From positions 901 to 64,900 of the forward strand of contig JBJXHC010000097.1 in the NCBI GenBank assembly GCA_046160825.1: 64,000 nucleotides of DNA, given 5' to 3'. Under the pieces are notes generated by a model. The model was not told where the DNA came from, searched no databases, and worked only from the letters and a program-made list of their open reading frames with translations. How positions within the stretch are numbered: position 1 is the stretch's first letter; every line of letters starts with the position of its first letter. This document shows, in pieces, positions 57,673 to 64,000 of this stretch. A program made the position numbers and the translations under genes. Source of the DNA: Bacteroidota bacterium (GTDB lineage: Bacteria; Bacteroidota; Ignavibacteria; UBA10030; UBA6906).

Positions 57673-60096
57673 CTATTTCCGGCGTTTCTGGTTCCGTTTG
57701 GTTTTCGCCTTCTTGGCCAGCGGCTTTGCTACTTTCTTTGTTTTCAGTTTGATTTTTCGTTTCGGCTTTGCCTTGGTAGCTTTCTTCTTTGCTGCCGGAC
57801 GTTTCTTTGATGTTTTCCTCTTCTCAACATTCGGCTTCTTCAACTGGCCTGCAATCAGGTTCAGGGCGCTACCGGCTTTGAACCACTCGATCTGGTTTTC
57901 ATTGAACGTATGGTTGAGCAAACACTCGTCGATGGTGCCATCCGAGTGTTTCAGGAGGAGCCGTAGCGGGACACCGGGGGCAAATCTCGACAATCCAACT
58001 ATTGAGGCCTTGTCGTCTTCGCGCACCTTGTCGTAGTCATTGGGACTTGCAAACGTTAGCGGAAGCATTCCCTGCTTCTTCAGGTTGGTCTCATGGATGC
58101 GCGCAAAGCTCTTCACAACGATCGCCTTGCCACCAAGCCAGCGAGGTTCCATCGCAGCATGCTCTCGACTCGATCCTTCTCCATAATTTTCATCTCCAAC
58201 CACAATCCAGCCGAGTCCGCGTGCTTTGTACTCTCGTGCGACGGCTGAGAAATCCTTGATCTCCCCGGTGAAAACATTCTTTCCCTTGCCGATGTCGTCA
58301 CTGTAGGCATTCACCGCGCCGATGAACATGTTGTTGGAAATATTGTCGAGATGGCCTCTATACTTCAACCACTTGCCTGCGGGAGAGATATGATCGGTCG
58401 TACACTTCCCCTTTGCTTTGAGCAGCACCGGAAGGTCGATAAAATCATTGCCGTCCCACGGTGCAAACGCTGAGAGCACTTGCAAGCGGTCACTCTTGGG
58501 AGAGACCTTCACAACTACTTTGGTTCCATTCTTCGCGGGAGCGGTATAGCCCTTTGCCCCTGGCGTAAACCCCTTGCGCGGTAATTCATTCCCGCTGGGA
58601 GGATCGAGCTTCACCAATTCGCCTTTCTCATTCACCAACGTGTCTGTAAGTGGATTGAATGTGAGTCGACCTGCAAGGGCAAAGGCAGTAACGATCTCCG
58701 GACTTGCAACGAACGCGTGCGTATCGGGATTCGCATCGTTGCGGCCGGCAAAATTGCGGTTAAACGATGTGATGATTGAGTTCTTATCACCCTTCTGCAC
58801 ATCATGCCTCTTCCATTGACCGATGCATGGACCGCAGGCGTTCGCCAATACCAGTCCGCCAATTTCGGTGAGGATTTTCAAATGTCCGTCACGCTCGATC
58901 GTTGCGCGAATCTGTTCCGAACCCGGCGTAATGGTGAACTCCGACTTCGCGTGGAGCCCCTTGCTCAAGGCCTGCCGTGCAATGCTGGTAGCCCGTTCGA
59001 TGTCTTCGTAGCTCGAGTTCGTGCAGCTTCCAATCAGAGCGACACGCAGTTCTTCCGGATAGTTGTTTGAGCGAACCGCATTTCCAAACTCGGAGATCTT
59101 CCAGGCCTTGTCGGGCGTGAAGGGGCCATTCACCAATGGCTCAAGCTCCGAGAGATTGATCTCGATAACCTGATCATAATATTTTTCCGGCGATTGAAGG
59201 ACTTCAGTATCCGGGCGGAGATGTTCAGCTATCTTGTCGGCGAGTTTTGCAACGGCAGCTCTGCCGGTTGCGTTCAAGTAGTCTGCCATTCGGGAATCGT
59301 ACGGGAAGATCGAAGTCGTTGCACCGACTTCAGCACCCATATTGCAGATAGTTCCTTTTCCCGTCGCCGAGATGGACTTCGTTCCTTCACCAAAATACTC
59401 CACGATGGCACCTGTTCCGCCTCGTACAGTGAGAATGCCTGCAACTTTGAGAATAACATCCTTGGCTGAAGTCCAGCCGCTGAGAGAGCCAGTCAACTTC
59501 ACGCCAATGACTTTCGGGAATTTCAGCTCCCACGGCATCCCCGACATCACGTCAACCGCATCCGCTCCACCGACGCCAATGGCGATCATACCAAGTCCGC
59601 CGGCGTTGGGCGTGTGCGAATCGGTCCCAATCATCATACCGCCGGGGAATGCGTAATTCTCCAGAACTACTTGATGGATAATCCCCGCACCCGGCTTCCA
59701 GAATCCAATGCCGTACTTGTTTGAAACTCCGGCAAGAAAATCGAACACCTCTTTGTTATCCGTGAACGCCTGAGCCAAATCTGCACGAGCGCCAACCTGC
59801 GCTTGAATCAAGTGGTCGCAATGCACTGTGCTTGGAACTGCCACGGTTGGAATACCTGCTGACATGAACTGTAACAGTGCCATCTGTGCCGTTGCATCCT
59901 GCATTGCCACTCGATCTGGTGCAAGGTCAACGTATGTCTTGCCACGCTCCGCAGCCTGCTCCACCGGTTGCCAGTAGTGTGCATAGACAATTTTTTCGGA
60001 AAGCGTGAGCGGACGACCCACCACTTTGCGGCTGGCCTCTATGCGATCCGGGAACTGACTGTATGCCTTCTTAATGAGGTCAAGATCAAATATCAT
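57673..60096 (-). CDS. Aconitate hydratase (mitochondrial/AcnA-like single-chain type) with a C-terminal Lys/Ala-rich extension
   Basis: Aconitase motifs: [35 protein letters not shown] and [15 protein letters not shown]. The core ends around [19 protein letters not shown], followed by about 55 basic residues. Start placed at ATG 60096 ([13 protein letters not shown]); the track start is 60186. Confidence 0.9.
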   Translation of the reverse strand: MIFDLDLIKKAYSQFPDRIEASRKVVGRPLTLSEKIVYAHYWQPVEQAAERGKTYVDLAPDRVAMQDATAQMALLQFMSAGIPTVAVPSTVHCDHLIQAQVGARADLAQAFTDNKEVFDFLAGVSNKYGIGFWKPGAGIIHQVVLENYAFPGGMMIGTDSHTPNAGGLGMIAIGVGGADAVDVMSGMPWELKFPKVIGVKLTGSLSGWTSAKDVILKVAGILTVRGGTGAIVEYFGEGTKSISATGKGTICNMGAEVGATTSIFPYDSRMADYLNATGRAAVAKLADKIAEHLRPDTEVLQSPEKYYDQVIEINLSELEPLVNGPFTPDKAWKISEFGNAVRSNNYPEELRVALIGSCTNSSYEDIERATSIARQALSKGLHAKSEFTITPGSEQIRATIERDGHLKILTEIGGLVLANACGPCIGQWKRHDVQKGDKNSIITSFNRNFAGRNDANPDTHAFVASPEIVTAFALAGRLTFNPLTDTLVNEKGELVKLDPPSGNELPRKGFTPGAKGYTAPAKNGTKVVVKVSPKSDRLQVLSAFAPWDGNDFIDLPVLLKAKGKCTTDHISPAGKWLKYRGHLDNISNNMFIGAVNAYSDDIGKGKNVFTGEIKDFSAVAREYKARGLGWIVVGDENYGEGSSREHAAMEPRWLGGKAIVVKSFARIHETNLKKQGMLPLTFASPNDYDKVREDDKASIVGLSRFAPGVPLRLLLKHSDGTIDECLLNHTFNENQIEWFKAGSALNLIAGQLKKPNVEKRKTSKKRPAAKKKATKAKPKRKIKLKTKKVAKPLAKKAKTKRNQKRRK

Positions 60097-60401
60097 TCGA
60101 GAAATCCTTTGAGGGGTTACATGTGAAGACAAATCTGATTCAAATATACGGAGAGTGTGAGTTGAGTGCAAGATGAGTTCATTCAACGACCGTAGTGCTG
60201 CGCGAGCGACGAACCTCTATGGAAACTCATCCACCACATCGTGCATCCGATAAAGTCTTGGTCACCTATTGTGATTTCGCGCTTTCTGCTTTTTTACCTT
60301 TGCTTCTTTGCGCCTTTGCGTGATCACTCAGCCGGGTTGGTTGCAATAGAATGCATTTTTTGGTAATTTTCAGCAATCTTAAGGGAGTTTGCGCCACACC
60401 C

Positions 60402-60680
60402 ATGCCTGAGAAACCTCTAGAACAGCACGACGATCAGGAAGAAGTCATTATCGAAGAGCCTGCGAAAGTCATTCTCTTCAATGACAACGTCCATTCGTTT
60501 GAGGAAGTGATTGTCCAACTTATCAAGGCGATCAAGTGTACTCAGAGCAAAGCGGAAGGCCTTGCATCGGAAGTCCACAATACGGGAAAAGCCGTGGTGT
60601 ATGCCGGCGATTTGCTCCGCTGCATGGATGTGAGCAGTGTGCTGGAGGAAATACGGTTGATGACGCAGATTGAAGTGTAA
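60402..60680 (+). CDS. clpS: ATP-dependent Clp protease adaptor ClpS
   Basis: From ATG 60402: ...KVILFNDNVHSFEEVIVQLIKAIKCTQSKAEGLASEVHNTGKAVVYAG, a typical ClpS core. Confidence 0.85.
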   Translation: MPEKPLEQHDDQEEVIIEEPAKVILFNDNVHSFEEVIVQLIKAIKCTQSKAEGLASEVHNTGKAVVYAGDLLRCMDVSSVLEEIRLMTQIEV

Positions 60681-60730
60681 AATCAAGGCAAAAGGTAAAA
60701 GTAAAAATATAAAATGAAGACTGATGACTG

Positions 60731-63469
60731 ATGATGACATCCAAAGAAATACGACAGAGCTTTCTTGATTACTTTGAGCAACGCGGGCACCGGATTGTGC
60801 AAAGCTCGCAGGTGATTCCTCACGGCGATCCCACCCTTCTGTTTACCAACGCGGGGATGAATCAGTTCAAGGATGTCTTCCTTGGCACAGGCAAGCGTGA
60901 GTATGTGCGTGCAGCGGATACGCAGAAGTGTATTCGTGTCAGCGGGAAGCATAACGACCTGGAAGAAGTCGGGCGGGACACGTACCACCACACATTCTTT
61001 GAGATGCTCGGCAACTGGTCATTCGGCGACTACTACAAGAAGGAAGCCATCGAGTGGGCGTGGGATCTGCTTACCCGTGTATGGGGCCTGGAGAAGAAGC
61101 GCCTCTACGCAACCGTGTACGAGACTGACGACGAAGCAGCGGAGCTTTGGAAGAAAGTCACCGACATCGACCCCACACACATCCAGAAGTTTGGTAAGAA
61201 AGATAATTTTTGGGAAATGGGCGAAACTGGACCGTGCGGACCGTGTTCTGAAATCCATATTGACTTGACGCCCGACTATTCCGGTGGCCATCTTGTGAAC
61301 GCCGGGGATGCACGTGTGATGGAAATATGGAACCTGGTTTTTATCCAGAACAACCGGAATGAGAAGGGCGAGCTTGAGAATCTCCCGGCAAAGCATGTTG
61401 ACACAGGTATGGGCTTCGAGCGTGTCTGTGCCGTATTGCAAGGGAAGAAATCCAACTACGATACCGATGTGTTCATGCCGATCATCTCGGCGATTGCAAA
61501 CACTGTGGGCAAGCCGTACACCGGTGGACTCGACTCCCCCACCGATATTGCGATGCGTGTTATCGCCGACCACATTCGCATGCTCACGTTCTCGATCACT
61601 GATGGCGCAATTCCCGGCAATGACGGTCGGGGCTACGTGCTGCGCAGGATTCTTCGTCGTGCTGCGCGCTTTGGCCGCAACCTCGGCATGAAGGAACCAT
61701 TCATCTACAAGATCACTGGCTCTGTAGTTGATTCGATGGGCAAGGCGTTCCCGGAGATTGTGGAAAAACAATCCCATGTTGAACGTGTGATAAAAGCTGA
61801 GGAAGAGGGATTTAACGCGACGCTGGATAGAGGATTGGAGATATTTGAGTCTGTTGCTGCGCGAGTTGGTTCGACGAAAGTGTTTCCCGGTGATGATGCG
61901 TTCAAGTTATATGATACGTATGGCTTCCCTCTCGACTTGACACAATTGATGGCTTCCGAGTTCGGGTTGAAGGTTGATGTTAGCAGGTTTACAGAACTGA
62001 TGGAAGGACAGCGACACCGCGGCCGTGCGTCAAGGTCGAGGGCCAAAGAGCTTCTTGATCAAATGTTAGACATAAAAACCAAGTTTGTCGGTTATGACAA
62101 CTTCGAGTGCGAGACAATTGTTAGTTCGAGCAAACTTAGCAACGAAGGAATTGTTGAATACATCGTTACGGAAAAAACCCCATTCTATACTGAATCTGGT
62201 GGACAAGTAGCTGACACGGGTATCATTGAAATGCTTGGGGGTAAATTTCAAATCAATTCAGTTCTTAGATCTGGAGACGGCGTTCTTCATCGCGTGCAAG
62301 GGATAGATGATGTGATCGGCCAAAGCGTAGCTTTGAGAGTTGACGTCCCCCGTCGCCAGAGCATCCAGCGCAACCACTCAGCCACACACATTGTGCATGA
62401 GGCACTGAGGCGAGTTCTTGGAACACACGTCCATCAGCAAGGCTCCTTGGTCGCGCCGGATCACTTGCGCTTCGACTTTCCTCATTTTGGGAAGATCAGT
62501 CCGGAAGAGATAAAAGCAATCGAAGACATTGTGAATGGGAAGATCGCCGAGGATATTTCTGTCTTTACCGAAGTCGATATGCCGATTGAGAAGGCGAAGA
62601 AAATCCCGAACGTCAAAATGTTCTTCGGCGACAAGTATGGCGACATTGTGCGCGTTGTGTTTATCGATGAGAAGTTCAGCGTGGAGTTCTGCGGTGGCAC
62701 ACACGTCAAAAACACCAAAGACATCGGGCTCTTCAAGATTATCTCCGAGTCGAGTATTGCCAGTGGCGTGCGTCGCATCGAGGCGGTCACAGGCGAAGGC
62801 ATCCAACGCTATATCGAGCAGCAGAAAGAACGTGCTGGCACGTTAACTGCTCAATTGGAGCGACTGATTGAGGAAACGGAATCTCTCCAGAAGGAACTGG
62901 GCAAGTACGCGGGTCAGACGCCCGAGTACAAACGTCCAGCACTTGGAGCCGTCTCCCTCCCTCCCGATCCTTCATTGGCGATCAGTACGGTTGAGAAGCA
63001 CATTGTGGAGCGCGAGCAAACGATTGAAGAGTTCACCAAGCACGCCGCCGACATGCGCAAGGAGTTGAGCAAACACAAGGTGAAGGAAGCTGCCGGAGGG
63101 ATTGATGGATTGGTGGCAAGTGCCGTGGCACTCAATGGCTTCAAGATTGTCTCCTCGAAGGTCGACGCATCCACTATGGACGAGTTGAAGAGCATCGGCG
63201 ATACATTGCGTTCCAAGCTTGGCAGTGGCGTTGGTGTTCTTGCCAGTGTCATCGACGAGAAGGTTGCACTCGTCTGCGTTGTTACAGATGATCTCATCAA
63301 GACAAAGAACCTGCAAGCCGGCAAGATCGTGGGTGAGCTCGCCAAACAAGTTGGCGGTGGGGGTGGCGGCAAGCCGCACCTTGCAACCGCGGGTGGCAAG
63401 GATGTAACGAAGCTTGATGAGGCATTGATGGGAGCGATGGATGTTATCCAGAGGATGTTGGAGAAATAA
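60731..63469 (+). CDS. alaS: Alanine--tRNA ligase
   Basis: 912 aa. IRQSFLDYFEQRGH, FTNAGMNQFK, an editing-domain HSATHI..H motif and a C-terminal GGGGGKP DHHA1 region. Confidence 0.95.
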   Translation: MMTSKEIRQSFLDYFEQRGHRIVQSSQVIPHGDPTLLFTNAGMNQFKDVFLGTGKREYVRAADTQKCIRVSGKHNDLEEVGRDTYHHTFFEMLGNWSFGDYYKKEAIEWAWDLLTRVWGLEKKRLYATVYETDDEAAELWKKVTDIDPTHIQKFGKKDNFWEMGETGPCGPCSEIHIDLTPDYSGGHLVNAGDARVMEIWNLVFIQNNRNEKGELENLPAKHVDTGMGFERVCAVLQGKKSNYDTDVFMPIISAIANTVGKPYTGGLDSPTDIAMRVIADHIRMLTFSITDGAIPGNDGRGYVLRRILRRAARFGRNLGMKEPFIYKITGSVVDSMGKAFPEIVEKQSHVERVIKAEEEGFNATLDRGLEIFESVAARVGSTKVFPGDDAFKLYDTYGFPLDLTQLMASEFGLKVDVSRFTELMEGQRHRGRASRSRAKELLDQMLDIKTKFVGYDNFECETIVSSSKLSNEGIVEYIVTEKTPFYTESGGQVADTGIIEMLGGKFQINSVLRSGDGVLHRVQGIDDVIGQSVALRVDVPRRQSIQRNHSATHIVHEALRRVLGTHVHQQGSLVAPDHLRFDFPHFGKISPEEIKAIEDIVNGKIAEDISVFTEVDMPIEKAKKIPNVKMFFGDKYGDIVRVVFIDEKFSVEFCGGTHVKNTKDIGLFKIISESSIASGVRRIEAVTGEGIQRYIEQQKERAGTLTAQLERLIEETESLQKELGKYAGQTPEYKRPALGAVSLPPDPSLAISTVEKHIVEREQTIEEFTKHAADMRKELSKHKVKEAAGGIDGLVASAVALNGFKIVSSKVDASTMDELKSIGDTLRSKLGSGVGVLASVIDEKVALVCVVTDDLIKTKNLQAGKIVGELAKQVGGGGGGKPHLATAGGKDVTKLDEALMGAMDVIQRMLEK

Positions 63470-63768
63470 TGCCAACACGCAAGCTTGTGAGAGTTCTACA
63501 CGCCGAGCCTACCTCGGAATTTAACGTTCGTATTGAGTTCACCGATGGCACCCGGCGAGTCGTCGATTTGGAGCCCTACCTTCATGGGCCGGTTTTCGAT
63601 AAAATTCGCAATGACCATGAAGTCTTCCGATCGCTTAAGGTCAACGAACGCATGGGAACCATCATGTGGGAAAACGGCGCTGACATTGACCCAGACGTGC
63701 TCTACCACAATCTCACGCCGGCATGGATGGAGAATGATCAGGAAACTATTGCAAAGAGGGATTCGTGA
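63469..63768 (+). CDS. DUF2442 domain protein
   Basis: 99 aa. FNVRIEFTDGTRRVVDLEPYL...W.NGADIDPDVLY is the typical DUF2442 pattern. Its ATG shares one base with the alaS stop (TAATG). Confidence 0.7.
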   Translation: MPTRKLVRVLHAEPTSEFNVRIEFTDGTRRVVDLEPYLHGPVFDKIRNDHEVFRSLKVNERMGTIMWENGADIDPDVLYHNLTPAWMENDQETIAKRDS

Positions 63769-63932
63769 ACGTCAGGAAGGAACCTTCGCAGCCGGATGAA
63801 CTAACCAAGAGTAAGAATGAACAACTCTGGGCGAAGGAAGCTCTGCGACGTCACGAGGAATTCGTCAATGGTAAAGCTAAGGCTCGTCCGGCGGCCGAGG
63901 TATTTCGAAATGCACGAGCACGGCTTGAGTAG
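63765..63932 (+). CDS. Putative addiction-module component (small antitoxin-like protein), GTG start
   Basis: Own translation: VNVRKEPSQPDELTKSKNEQLWAKEALRRHEEFVNGKAKARPAAEVFRNARARLE. The pattern W..E..RR..E...G......EVF...R..L matches the addiction-module-component family as I remember it. Overlaps the DUF2442 stop (GTGA). Confidence 0.4.
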   Translation: MNVRKEPSQPDELTKSKNEQLWAKEALRRHEEFVNGKAKARPAAEVFRNARARLE

Positions 63933-63971
63933 GTTCTAGTGTTTGCTTGAAACAATGACGAAGGAGGGCAG

Positions 63972-64000
63972 ATGAATCTCACAGCAGTGTTTCAGAAGGT
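63972..64000 (+). CDS. Start of an ORF (MNLTAVFQK...), possibly HicB-like antitoxin; truncated by the window end
   Basis: Only 9 codons are visible. The N-terminus resembles HicB/UPF0150 starts (M.LT.V.EK). Very weak. Confidence 0.2.

Noticed and set aside
60097-60401. 305-bp divergent intergenic region between aconitase and clpS, examined for RNA genes or regulatory repeats
   Set aside because: No convincing stem-loops, repeats or known motifs were seen. Divergent promoters are the most likely content. The track ORF starts at 60186 and 60351 are upstream extensions lacking conserved sequence.

Overview
Gene-dense bacterial chromosomal segment, roughly 50% GC by eye, with about 60 protein-coding genes. 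I recognised no rRNA, tRNA or CRISPR array. Product calls come from motifs read in the supplied translations and in my own translations; no homology search was possible.

Content is mostly housekeeping:
- Menaquinone late-step genes (UbiD-, UbiX- and UbiA-type, plus a truncated MqnC/MqnE-like radical SAM gene), with guaA at the head of the string.
- gcvH, accB, accC and efp.
- purM, purE and purK.
- valS and alaS.
- acs, aconitase and clpS.
- A MacAB-type ABC exporter.
- An 11-gene co-directional heme cluster (35654..49049): a CcsA/HemX-like gene, hemA, hemC, hemD, hemE, hemF, a hybrid histidine kinase, hemH, hemY, hemB and hemL.

Bacilliredoxin, futalosine-type menaquinone genes, a mitochondrial-type aconitase and weak Shine-Dalgarno signals suggest a Bacteroidota/Ignavibacteria/Chlorobi-like organism. 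This is a low-confidence inference.

I see no classical defence island or prophage. The observations most worth follow-up are:
1. A DUF559 endonuclease cassette, bracketed by two hairpin-rich MITE-like units, inserted at the 3' end of the UbiD-family gene with a decayed 119-bp duplicate of the gene tail.
2. A GAF/PAS hybrid sensor kinase translationally coupled inside the heme operon.
3. A roughly 55-residue Lys/Ala-rich histone-H1-like tail fused to aconitase.
4. An orphan GvpL/GvpF-like protein with a long Pro/Glu/Lys-rich N-terminus.
5. purM has no canonical in-frame start codon, and a G4 run sits next to an out-of-frame ATG.
6. An orphan ParA ATPase paired with a large M23 peptidase.

None of these is proven to be a new system. 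All are hypotheses from sequence reading.
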